A stretch of DNA of 64,000 bases from Lama glama (taxonomy: Eukaryota), in the NCBI GenBank assembly GCA_028534125.1, contig CM052818.1, forward strand, positions 32,180,001 to 32,244,000, written 5' to 3'. The notes beneath the pieces are model-generated. The model ran no database searches and was not told the DNA's origin. It worked only from the letters and a program-made list of their open reading frames with translations. Position numbers and translations under genes: made by a program. Positions 1-11,365 of this stretch are shown piece by piece (the stretch's first letter is position 1; each line of letters opens with the position of its first letter).

Positions 1-330
1 TAAATTGGTAAACTTTACATATAAGATTTGAAAACATAAAAATTGTTCAAATTGTTAACATTAAAAACAAAATTAAATGGCAGACAACAAACAGGAGTAA
101 TTTCTTTTAGCAAATATAACAGACAAAGGGTTAATAGCCTTGTTTGAAAGAGTTCTTACACAATCAACGAGGAAAACACCAAACTTCCTATAGATAACTA
201 AACAAAAGAAATGAACAGACAATTTACAAAAGAGGACAAATAACTAATTAAAGAACATGGGGAAATGATTCAACCTCACTAGTAATTAAAGAAATGAAAA
301 TTGAAACAACATTGTAATTCCCATTGCAGG
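1..330 (+). mobile_element. Old L1 (L1M-type) ORF2 3' fragment
   Basis: Degenerate L1 motifs, e.g. 'atgaacagacaatttacaaaagagg' and 'ttcaacctcactagtaattaaagaaatgaaaattgaaacaac'. Confidence 0.75.
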
Positions 331-434
331 CAAGAGTACAAAAAAAACAAAACAAAACAGTAACCTCCATGCATTGCTGATGGGCAAAATGGAAAATCTT
401 GCTGGCAACCAATTAGTTAACATAAATTAAGAGT

Positions 435-930
435 TCAGTTCTGTTTAAGTAGCTATTGAGCTCCTTCTGTGTGCTAGGCATTGATGTATGCCAATGACAA
501 AGGCCTACCTTTACTCTTAATGAATGAGTGTGTCCTGTGTGGGAGACAGGCACAGGTAACTCCATCATTAGGAAGTAAGTGGCAGAGACGTCCACAGTGC
601 TTGGCAAATGCAGGACTAAGACCATCGCTCAACCTGGAGAGTTCGGAAGGATTATTTGAAGAAATGACCCTGAGCTGAGTCTTAAAGGGTGATTAGAATG
701 TAACTGAATGAAGAAGAGCAATGAGAAGGAAGAAAAGAAGGGAAGATAATCTCTGCAAAAGATAGAGCATGAACAAAGAGACATGGTATCTGCAGGAAGT
801 TTGGAACTGCTGCAGCATCCAGTGTGGAGCAGGAGGCTGCAGAGGGAGCCTGGCCGGCCATAATTTGGTAGCTTAAACTTCAACCCAGAGGCAGCACAAG
901 ATATAGAAGCAGAGAAGAGACACAATTAGA
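435..930 (-). mobile_element. L2 LINE 3' fragment
   Basis: 'tattgagctccttctgtgtgctaggcattg' and 'gaaatgaccctgagctgagtcttaaagggtga' are typical antisense L2 3' sequences. Confidence 0.7.
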
Positions 931-999
931 CATGTATTTTTTAAATCCTGCATAAAAGTCACTGTGGTTTATTTTTCTAACTCAAAAAGTAACGGATGA

Positions 1000-1114
1000 G
1001 GGGAGGAGGGTATAGCTCAAATGGTGGAGCACATGCTTAGAATGCACGAGGTCCTGGGTTCTATCCCCAGTACCTCCTCAAAAACTGAATAAACCTAATT
1101 ACCTCCCCCACCAA
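1000..1114 (+). mobile_element. Camelid tRNA-derived SINE (vic-1-like) with 16-bp TSD
   Basis: tRNA-like head with A box (tagctcaaatgg) and B box (ggttctatccc). Tail 'aataaacctaattacctccccca' plus A-run. TSD aaaaagtaacggatga (984-999) / aaaaagtaacagatga (1115-1130), one CpG-type mismatch. Confidence 0.85.
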
Positions 1115-1130
1115 AAAAAGTAACAGATGA

Positions 1131-1990
1131 AAACAAACAACCCAATTAGAAACTGCGCAAAGGACTTGAATAGACACTTCTCCAAAGAAGATGTACAGAT
1201 GGCCAATAAACACATGAAATGATGCTCAATATCACTAGTCATTAAGGAAATGCAAATCATAACACAACGAATACCACTTTATACCCATTAATATGGCTAT
1301 TATTTTTTTAAAAGGAAAATAAAAAATGTTGCTAAGAATGTAGAGAAATTGAAATTGTTGCACATTGCCGAAGGGAATATAAAATGGTGTAATCACCATG
1401 GAAAACAGTTTGGCAATTCCTCAAAAGGTTAAACATAGAATTACCCTATGACCCAGCAGTTTCACTCCTAGGTATATACCCAAAAGAACTGAAAGGAGGG
1501 ACCCAAACAGATACTCGTATACCAGGGTCCATAACAACATTGCTTATAGTAGCCATCATTATTTATAACAGCCCAAATGTCCACCAACAGATGAACAGAT
1601 AGACAAAATGTGGTATATACACACAATGGAATATTATTCAGCCTTAAGAAGAAATGAAATTCTGACACATGGTACAACATGGATAAGCTTTGAAGAAATG
1701 CTAAATTAAATAAGCCAGTCATAAAAAGGCAAATACTGTATGATTCTACTTATATGAAGTACCTAGAGCAGTCAAATTCATACAGACAGAAAGTGGAATA
1801 GAGGTTACCAGGGGCTGCAGAAAGTGGGTAACGGGGAGATTGTTTGGGATGATGAAAAAGTTCTGGAATTGGATAGTTGTGATAGTTGAACAGCATTATG
1901 AGTGTACTTAATGCCAATGATTTGTACACTTACGGTTAAAATAGTAAGTTTCATGTTGGGTATATCTTACTGTAATAAAAAATATTGAAA
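1131..1990 (+). mobile_element. L1 (L1MB-like) 3' end: ORF2 C-terminus and 3' UTR
   Basis: 'aaggacttgaatagacacttctccaaagaagatgtacagatggccaataaacacatg', 'aatggaatattattcagccttaag', L1MB-type 3' UTR ending in aataaaaa. Confidence 0.92.
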
Positions 1991-2210
1991 AAGTAACATG
2001 TTTTGGAAAATTCAAAAAAGTATAAAGAAAAATATTCTGCCATCCAGAGTTACCCATTTATCCTGGGTTTAATAATCTTAAATGTTTTCTCTTTCCAAAT
2101 ATATACTCATGTATTTCTTATACGTATTTTACCATATTGGGTCATCCTATCCATGCTTTTTTGTAACTGCCTTCTCCGTATAATGATAGTGAACATCATA
2201 GGTGTTTATA

Positions 2211-2460
2211 CAGCCTGATGGTTAAGGATGTAGTAAGCCCTGGAGAGTTTGTGTCTTGGTTTCACTGCTTACTTGGTGTCAGTTGTGTGTGGCACTGAGA
2301 GGTCACCTAATCCTAACCCTCTAAGCTTGTTTCTGCATCTGTACAAAGAAAATGATAATAATAGTACCAAACACATGGGTTCTTGAGGGTTAAATTAGAT
2401 CCTAAGTAGGCAGAAGCGCAGTGCCTGGTAGTCAGTAAAGGAAAGCTGTTGTCATCATTA
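2211..2460 (+). mobile_element. MIR SINE
   Basis: Core 'ctctaagcttgtttctgcatctgtacaaagaaaatgataataatagtacc' and tail 'cagtgcctggtagtcagtaa'. Confidence 0.7.
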
Positions 2461-3539
2461 GTAGGAGTATTTAAAAGAATCCTCACTTATTTTTAAGACA
2501 GAATTCTATTAGCTTCATAACGTACTTCGTCATGTGGATACACCATACATTACTTAACTAATCTATGTCCGGCATTTACCGGTAAATTTCTAAATATTTG
2601 CTCACATAAATAGTGCTAAGTGACTTTGCAAAGAAGTCTTTTTGGATAACTCTATTTTTTCAAAGCAAATTCCTTGAAAGGAAACAGTTGGGTCAAAGAA
2701 TAAGCACAGTTTAAGGTTTGATACTTGTTGGTGGACTGCCACTTCAGAAAGACTACTATTTGGGGGAGCAAGAGAACAACTTTTTCTATAATAGGAAAGA
2801 ATTGGAAACAACCTAATTGTCTAAACTAAAGAAATAGCTTAAATGTGATGTCCACTTATTGAAATATTATAGAAGTATTTATAAATATGTTTGTAAAGCC
2901 TACACAAGAGCATAGAAAATGCTTATGACATAATGTTAAGTGAGAGAGCAAGGGAGAAAAGTATACTTAGTGGAATTATAAATTTTAAAAACTTTATGCA
3001 TGTGTAGGAACAAAAAACACAAACAAAATACAAAGTTTGAGTAGTAAAATTATAAACAAATTGCTTTCTCTTACTATTTTTTTCCCAAATTGTGTTTAAT
3101 GAGAATACACAATGTTTATAACAAAAAAAAATAATTTCACTGGGAAAATATGATTTGTCCCTGTATTTGAAGGCTGTTATTGAAATTTAGTTTCAAATTG
3201 CAAGTAGATCTTTAAATAAGCACCCATAGTAATGAAGCCCATATTTCAATTTTCTGGTTGAAAATTTTTCAGATACAAGGTCACCTTGAGTCTTATCTAT
3301 ATATTCAAAGACTGTGGTGCTTGGAGATTTCTGCTGTATGGTATTGGAATCAGCAGCAAGATCAGGCAGATATTATTTCCCAAAGGAAATTAATCTAACA
3401 GGATTCTGGGAGATACAGCTACATGTTACCCAAAGGAGCCGAGATGCTTTTGTGAGGGCTGTTATCCAGGGAAAGGCTCTAAGTCTTCATTCATTTGTGT
3501 GGACCTCCTAGTGGGCCCCTCAGTCTACACCACCCTGAG

Positions 3540-3735
3540 CTGATAGGCAGGTTAATTGATATCTCTGAACCTTAGTTTCCTCATCTGAAAATTGGGTATA
3601 ATAATCACAAAGCTACCTTATCGAGTTGTTGTAAAATCAAATGCAGTAAACATTGTAAAATGTTAACCTAGTGCACAGGACATATTAGGCACTCATTAAA
3701 TGTTAGTTAGCCATCATTATTGTTACTATCATCTT
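3540..3735 (+). mobile_element. MIR SINE
   Basis: 'ctctgaaccttagtttcctcatctgaaaattggg' and 'taggcactcattaaatgttag'. Confidence 0.8.
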
Positions 3736-3899
3736 GTAGTTCACTGTCTGATTTTACAGATAATAGTGAAGCCTGGGGAGATGTGACTTGTACTTTAACA
3801 GAAAGAGCCATGAATTTGGAGTAAAATAACCTGGATTGTAGCAGTGATTGAAGCGATTTCTCATCCAGTGGCCTAGGGCAAGACACTTGATCCTCAGAG

Positions 3900-4375
3900 C
3901 AGTGCTGCCCAATAGAAATATGAGCCAAAAAATGTAATTTTAGATCTTCTAGAAATCATACTACAAAAAGTAAAAAGAAACAGGTGAACTTAGTTTCAAT
4001 AATATATTTTATTTAACTCAATATATCTAATATTATCATTTCAACATGTTATCAATATAAAAATTATTCATGAAATATTGGATATTCTTTTTTCTGTAAT
4101 AAACCTTTGAAATCCAGTGTACATTTTATACTTACAGTACATGTCACTTTGGAGCCTAAATTTTCATCTGAAATATTTGATCTATATTTCATAAAATTTA
4201 TGGTTGAAAAATTAGATTCACATACCCAAGTTGTTCCAAATGTACTTTTCTAATAATCAAATCAAGTGTCCATTTTTGAATTAATTTGTGTTAAAGTTTT
4301 TAAAATCAAAAAAATTGAATTCAGTTCCTCAGTTTCTTGATCCACATCAGTAGCCACATACCATATTAGACACAG
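3900..4375. mobile_element. hAT-Charlie non-autonomous element (Charlie1/MER33-like)
   Basis: Terminus 'cagtgctgcccaatagaaatat', internal 'aaaagaaacaggtgaacttagtttcaataatatattttatttaactcaatatatc', other end 'agtagccacataccatattagacacag'. Confidence 0.8.
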
Positions 4376-4584
4376 CTACAACTAAGGAAAGCATCTATTT
4401 AACCAAGTTGTTATACAACTGTTTGTATGAGAGAGTTTTATAAATCATGAAATGCTGTCCAAATAGATTTCTTCTCCTCCCAAAATCACCCAGCTAGTGA
4501 GAGGTGGCACAGGCAACAAAACTTGGGCAGTGTAATTTCCACATATGAACATTTGAAATCTGAACAATATTCATCTTGAGCCTT

Positions 4585-4858
4585 TTGATTTTTTTAACTG
4601 TGATCCACAGTTAAGAAATACATTTTACAAAACAACATAGTAGACAGAAATGTGTCTGTATGTATGTGTGTGTACATGTATAGATCAGAAGCCATTATTT
4701 CCCAAAGAAAAATTATAATATGGATACTTTATTGTTTTCCTCTTCCTGATCTCCTCCTCCTCTTTCTTCTTCTCCTTTTTATGTAATGCTGGTTGCGGCC
4801 CACTAAACTGATTTCATGGCCTACTAATGGGTTACAAACCGCTATTTGAAAAATACTG
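4585..4858. mobile_element. hAT-Charlie MITE (Charlie18-like)
   Basis: End 'gctggttgcggcccactaaactgatttcatggcctactaatgggttacaaaccgctatttgaaaaatactg'. Confidence 0.6.
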
Positions 4859-5139
4859 ATCTTAAGAGTCCAAACTTCCAGGCATTTAAAAAAATTGATT
4901 TGTTTTGTGTTGCAAATAATACTCCTGTATAGTCACCAGTCAGTTCAAAAGGGAAAAATGTTCTCCCCAAAATAAATAAGAAGAATGACACTATTTTAGA
5001 TAAGATACAAGGAAACAAGTGAATTACCCACCTTTTTTGTTACCTGTAATTTCTTTATCCATTCAAGAAATGTTTCTTGAGGGAGCACTGTCCCTGTCAT
5101 TATGTTAGGCACTGGATAGCTGGCCCAAAATAGACAAGG

Positions 5140-5798
5140 TTACAGAGCATCAACTATAAAACAGCAGAAACTCTCGCTACAGTGGCTTAGCCAAATAAAG
5201 ATCTTGGGTGTTGGGTTGTATTTTTCCTATTAGAAGACCAGAGACAGGCAATGGTACAGATATCCAAAAACAGCATTAGTGACTCAACTCTCATTACCTT
5301 TCTATTCCATATGCTCATGCTTGCCGCTTCATGGTCACGAGACAGCTGCCACACCTCCAGGCATTATGTCCACATTCTAGGCAATAAGAAGAAGAAAGAA
5401 GCAGAGAGAAGTTATCCACAAATTGTCCAGAACATAGAGTTGCCAGATAAAAACAGGATGTCCAGTTAAATGTGAGTTTCAAATAAACAGTAAATAATGC
5501 TTTTAATATAAGTATGCCCTATGCAATATTTGGGACATATTTATACTGAAAAAAGTATTCATTATTTACCTGAAACTCACATTTAACTGGGTGTCCTGTG
5601 TTTTTATGTGCTAATTCCACAACCCTACGAGCACAATGCTGCTTACATTTCACTGGCCAGAACTGCGTCCTCTCTGGAAGGAAGGCCTATTAAAACCAGT
5701 CATTTTTTTTTAACTTCCAGTATCTAAAAAAAGAGAAAGGCAAGAGAGAAGGAAGTTGGTTGGGGTGTTGAGTGAGCCAACCTGTGGTGTCTGCTACA
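5140..5798. mobile_element. Old MaLR solo LTR (MLT1J/K-like), interrupted by MER53 and flanked by L2 sequence
   Basis: 'cagtggcttagccaaataaag', 'catggtcacgagacagctgccacacctccaggcattatgtccacattctaggca', 'cactggccagaactg', end 'gtgtctgctaca'. Confidence 0.7.
5435..5627. mobile_element. MER53 palindromic hAT MITE
   Basis: Termini tagagttgccaga ... acaacccta. Internal inverted symmetry (ccagttaaatgtgagtttca / tgaaactcacatttaactgg). Centre 'taagtatgccctatgcaatatttgggacatattta'. Confidence 0.9.
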
Positions 5799-7390
5799 GG
5801 TCAGTTATCCTCTGACCTTCCTTGTAGGACCATAGTAAGGAATTTGGATTTTAATCTATTGTCAGTGAGAAGCCACTGAAGAATTTAAAACAAGGGAGTG
5901 ACTAAATTACATTTAAGAAGATGGCTCTGGCTACTGTGTAGAATGTTGGGGGGAGGAGAAGTGGGAAGTGGAAAGTGGGAAGACCAATTAGAAGAAGCTG
6001 GCTCATTCTACAACCTTTGAGAACTCGGCTTCACCATTTTCCTTTGCCTGGTCTGCCTCAGCTTTCTGCATGTGAGCTTCCTCTTCTGAAAAGCAAAGAG
6101 TTGGGCAAGATGGTATCGTGTTGCTCCATGCAGCATTCTCAGAGTGGCATGTGGTGATACAGTGGCCTTCCCTTGTTTTGCACTTTGTGGCTTGGCTGTT
6201 CCAATGTTTGCTTCTCCTTCAACAATAGGGTGTCTAAGACCCTCAGCACATGAATGTCAGATCTTACTATCATGAGGCTGAGATTCTGAGACCCCCACAA
6301 GGAAATGGGTCAAAAATTGCTTTTTAAATTTTTAATAAAAAAAACAATGAACTGCACAAATAGAGTAATAATATCTGCTACCTCTTAGCAAAATTTAAAA
6401 AGTAACATGGAAGATTTTTATACTCTGACATCTGGGAATTAAGCAAAAATTGAACAATCTGATTCCAGAGCTAAGAATCTACGAGCAAAAGGGAAAACCT
6501 AATTTTGTGCTTCTCTCCCTCCAAAGTGGATTTTGTTGCGGCAAAGGCACTTTGGTCCCCTGACTCCTTTTTGCCCTACCCCACTGCAGCAGACACTTTC
6601 CTCTCCTTCCTCCTGCTTCTCATTGAATTAAATCAATTGTTTAGTTTTCATTTGGCTGCTTCTTTCTCCTGCTCATCAGATCAAGTGCTGTCCTATTTTC
6701 CTTGAGGATTACCACAGTGAGCTCTTAGGGAAAAGAGGTTTCTCAGCACTTTAGGTTGATTCCTTCTATTTATATGCTTTGCCTTTTATTATCTTTTTTT
6801 GCTGACTCCCCAGGACACACATACAGTATGTAGAGATTTTTAGCCTTTTCCTTTTTTCCTAAATGAAACCCATTGGTTAAAAACAAAAACAAAAACAAAA
6901 ACAATAACAAAATGTGTCTCCCCAAAAAGGATTTGTTTTTTTTTAACAGGGTCAGAGATCTAAAAGGGGATCTATATAAACATACACACACAGATATACA
7001 TATGTAAATATATGGATGTATAGGCACATAAAATATATACATATATAGCTATGCATAAACATGCACATGCAAATATATATATGTATATATTTACTGTATG
7101 TACACACAAGCATAAATATATTTTACCATTTCTAGGGAAATTTTGCCTCAGTTAACTTGGACCGGAGAGATAATTTACAGATTTTCACTAAACGTGCAAA
7201 TGTGCTACTACTTTAAGATACAGCTGAACTCATAGTGTTAAGATTAATAATACTGTTAAGAAAAATCAACTCTCTCTACCTCGCTTGCCTTCCTTAATGA
7301 ACACACTTGGTGTTTCTAATCATTTGATCTCAAAAACTGATACCATTTCTCTTCAAAGTGCTTTCCAGTGAAGGTGCAGTACAGCCATAC

Positions 7391-7542
7391 ATTAAGCCCT
7401 AGTGGTGGAGGATAGCAGAGCAAATTCCAAATATTTGACATCACAGCAGAGAGAGGCGGTAAAAGTATTAAGCCCTAGTGGTGGAGGATAGCAGAGCAAA
7501 TTCCAAATATTTGACATCACAGCAGAGAGAGGCGGTAAAAGT
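7391..7542. repeat. Perfect 76-bp tandem duplication (2 copies)
   Basis: 7391-7466 is identical to 7467-7542. Confidence 0.97.
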
Positions 7543-8635
7543 ACACAGGGCTGGGACTGAAGGAGCTGGGTCCTAACACAGTTCAACTGGCCTCTGTGGA
7601 ATCTAGGCACAGCCCTTCAACCCCCTGGTCTGAATGTCTTCAACTGCAAGGTAAAAAGGTTGGACTAAATGATTCCCAAGAGCTCCAGGTCTTTGAAGTT
7701 CTGGATTCCTAAATTATCCCATTTTTAGGCAAAGCATGCCAATGAAGACAATCCCACATATTCCTTCCTCTAAATTTTAAAACTCTGTACTGAAACCTAA
7801 AACCTGAGTTGAGGTTACATTTGGTAGCAGAATTAGAATTTTAAAAATAAACAATAAGGGAGCTCTTTCCATGGTCCTGATTTGTTTTGGGGGCTTCATA
7901 AGACCACATAAACAGAGGAGACCCTAAAATACTGCCCAGGTGTTGGGGACCACCCTAAGCCCCCAAGAGTGATTTCCAAAAGATTACTTGTCTGTCTGGA
8001 TCCCACTTGCCCAAGCCTTAGTCTGTGATTTTAGATCTGAGACAGCCAGATAGGTAGGCTTGAGATCATTTGCGGGGCTTGATCCTCAGAGTTTTAGGAG
8101 TGCAAAGAGAGAAAGTGATGTCTGGGGAAACTGGCCATAGAATATTTGAGCAAAAATATCATTGTAGATCTCTATCATGGGCAGGCAGACACTGGATGTT
8201 CCACTATTTTAGACAGGGAGTCTGAAAACCTTACTCCTAATCCCACATCTACTACTATTTTGTGATGTGACCTTGGATAAGTCCTTAGCTTTGCTTCTTG
8301 GTTTTTTCCCCAGTACAGCAAGGGGGCCACCATGTTTGTTTCTAGCTCTGACATTCTGAAAGTCAGAGTTTTTAAGTATCCTCAGGTAGAGAGAAAAATG
8401 CACTAATTCAGAGGAGCCTTTCCAAAAGTATGATTCTGCTATAAGAAGCTTAGTTCTTGAAGAGAGGACAGTTTGAAAGTCATACAAACAGAGAAGATTT
8501 ATGATTTAAGAGATGATATAGATGTGGACACAGCTATAGATGTATTTCTCACTTCCACACTACATTCATTCTTATCATGATGTTTTTTCCTTTCTTACTT
8601 TCTGAAAGTGGTCTCGAGCAGAAATAGAATAGAAG

Positions 8636-8905
8636 AGGGTTTCAAAGCATATTTCATGGTACATTATACACAATAGCAAGAGTTCTGTGCCCAAAGGAGT
8701 TTGGGAAATCTTCATTTTAAATTCCACTCTTGAAGAGTCAAAACTCTTAATGGCATATTAAGATTCTAAGAAGTCCTGCAAGGCAAGAGCCTGTTTACTT
8801 TTGTCTAACCCAGTAATCTTCAAAATTACTTGATTATGAGGCTTTCTCATAATGCCTATTAACACCCTGTGGGGCTCGTGTTCTACGGAACATACTCTGG
8901 GTGAT
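8636..8905. mobile_element. Old hAT-Charlie MITE (MER112/MER113-like)
   Basis: 'gagtttgggaaat', 'attctaagaagtcctgcaaggcaagagcctgtttac', 'gtgttctacggaacatactctggg'. Confidence 0.5.
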
Positions 8906-9179
8906 GTCATAGCATTGCTCTCTGATGCTGCACCTAGCGGCTTGTGTCTGCACATTGCACTTTTGTGCATATTCCAGCCCATTAAACTTCTGCTGTTCCT
9001 TAGGTCCCACCTAATATGAATGGCATCATGATCAAGTCATAGCTTATACTAATGATTTAATAGTTTAATTGCAATGTAGATAGTTAACCAGTGGTGCCAG
9101 AATCATGTGTGATTTTTTGAGATGGAACTCTGTACATGCATTTGTTTATTCATATTCTCACACAAAGAATATGATTAAG

Positions 9180-11365
9180 AGACTTCTAGTTCAGGATGGT
9201 GGACGGAGCACACATTTGTCTTCTCTCCTTCAGTCCCACTAAAGTGATAACAAAGAATTCAACAGAGGAAGAAATCCTGAATAACAAACAGAACAGGAGG
9301 GGAACCATGAGTGAATTCTAGAACCCGAAGAGGAGATGGAAGATGTAGATGAAGGAAATAAAGTGGCCATAGCTGAGAAGATGCAAAAGGGGATTTAGAG
9401 CAGAAGAGGGGGCCCATCTGCTGGAGGCACCACGATAAGTACTGATAAGGGATCCTCTGGAAGGAAGGATGAGAGTCAGGAGGAAGAATGGGATTCCTCT
9501 GTGGTGTGATTAACTATTGATCTCCACCCACTTTCAACCCCATTTTTCCAGACGAAAAGGTAACAGGATGCTTAACCACAGGGGGGAAGAAACAGGGGGT
9601 GCTCCTCTAAAGATTCAAGTGGACTGACAGAACTAGGGCCACTGGTGGAAGCATTAAGGGTTCATGCAGAGGGTGATGTGTCCATGATGCTGGAGTTGGC
9701 CACTGCAGGAAGGCCTGCCCCTCACCAGCCTCACCAGGCCAACTCTTACAAGGAGAACAAGTAATAACTAGGTACAGAGAAGTTCCTGTCAGCGCTCCTA
9801 GTCTCTCCTGTCTCTGTGTAAGGGGCTGACCCAGGACCACCCTACGTATGATAGCCCAGCAGCATGAAAAGGAAATATCTACGTAAATTGACCCCAGAGA
9901 AAACAAAAATAAATAGGTAACAGAAGTTAACTTGAGAGATAAAGCTCTTCAGAAAGAATCAAGACTGAGAAGAGAGAGAATGAAAGTATCAGAGAAATAA
10001 TAAGACACATTTACCAGAAGTGAAAGAAACACGTGTTTTCTAAAAGAGCCAACCAAATGCCACCAAGGAACTTTTATAGAGATCCATTCCTAGATCCGTT
10101 GTATTGAAATTTCAGCACCACAGTGTTAAAGATACTGATGCCTTCCAAAGAGGGAAAAAAACAGACTGACTACAAAGAAATGAATAGTAAAACCAGCCTC
10201 AGACGCCGCCTGAGTCACACAGATTCTAGACAACACTAAAGCTGTGCCTTCAAATTTCTGAAGCAAATTTTCCAACTTAGAAACTATAGCCAGAAAATCT
10301 ATCAACCAAGTGTGAAAGTAAAATAAAAATATTGCAGATACTCAAAGTTTTGCAAAGTTTCCCCCTGAGGATGGTGAGACTAATGAAAGAGCTCTAGTCA
10401 AAAGAAATTCTAGAATGATAGCATTACTGGAGGCCCAGAAAGCAACTGGTACAAATTAAAAACAGGAAATCAACATCTTCAAGATGACTGGAGAGATTTT
10501 TCAGGGAGTATGTTGAAGTGTTAGTGATATGGTGCGAAAGGCAGACAGAAAATAAATAAAATAGAAAAACAATTAGACATTTCTGGAAAAACAAACTGCC
10601 CAGGAGAGTCCTGATTCAAATATAAGGCAAATTATAATGTGCCATAATTTTGACAAGTGAAAATGTGAGAGAGAGAGAATGAATACGAATATTCATTTGA
10701 TCCTGATTCTGGCAACATTCTCCGTGGAGTGGGATGCATTACTGGACCTATAAAGAAGCTTATAAATATAACCCTTGCTCACTACAGGGGAAAAAAAGAA
10801 CATATAGTTATCAGTATAAAAGCTCTGTTTGTTGATTTTCAATGTTTAGCATCAACCTGTAGACAAAACACTAGACTTAATCATTCTTACACAGTTTTGA
10901 CAATGTACAGGAAAAGCTCAGCTGCCTTGGGAGATGGACTTGGATGAGGAAAAGTGCAGAAGAGCAGGAAGACTCACAGCGTCATCTTCCAGGGAGGAGA
11001 GTCGTGATGCTGGCTAAAGCTGGTGGAACATGTAATAAATTTACCATGCAAAGTTAAAAGGGAAAGTAATAGGAAAGTAAAAAGGGATTTAAAAAATAAA
11101 GAATTAGAAGGGGAAGAGTATCATTTTTCTTAATGTACCATCAATGTTAAGGGGCCTAAAATTGTTACACCAACAAATAACACTGTGATCATAGTACTTA
11201 GAATCATGAAATCAGTTGCCAAAAGATTAGAAATCTTTAAAAATATTTTTGGGACTTGGTGAGAGGAGCATGATTTAAGGATAGTTTTTTAAAAAAATTA
11301 TTATTACGTGCTATTCTGAACTATTTGATTCCTTGTCGTATGTATAAATTACTTTGATTTTTAAA
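9180..11365 (+). mobile_element. HAL1 (half-L1) element, degenerate but apparently near full length
   Basis: L1-like 5' start 'gacttctagttcaggatggtggac'. ORF1-like region about 9950-10360 ('gctgtgccttcaaatttctgaagcaaattttccaacttagaa'). HAL1-type 'gaatgatagcattactggaggcccagaaagcaac'. 3' end 'ctatttgattcc...tgtataaattactttgattttt'. Confidence 0.65.

Noticed and set aside
1001..1078. tRNA-like sequence
   Set aside because: The SINE-specific tail, A-run and TSD show it is a tRNA-derived SINE head, not a tRNA gene.
7391..7542. Direct repeat considered as CRISPR-like
   Set aside because: Two abutting copies with no spacer, in mammalian DNA.
10111..10131. TTCAGCACC RE1 left half-site
   Set aside because: The right half (GGACAG) is absent, and the site lies in a HAL1 relic.
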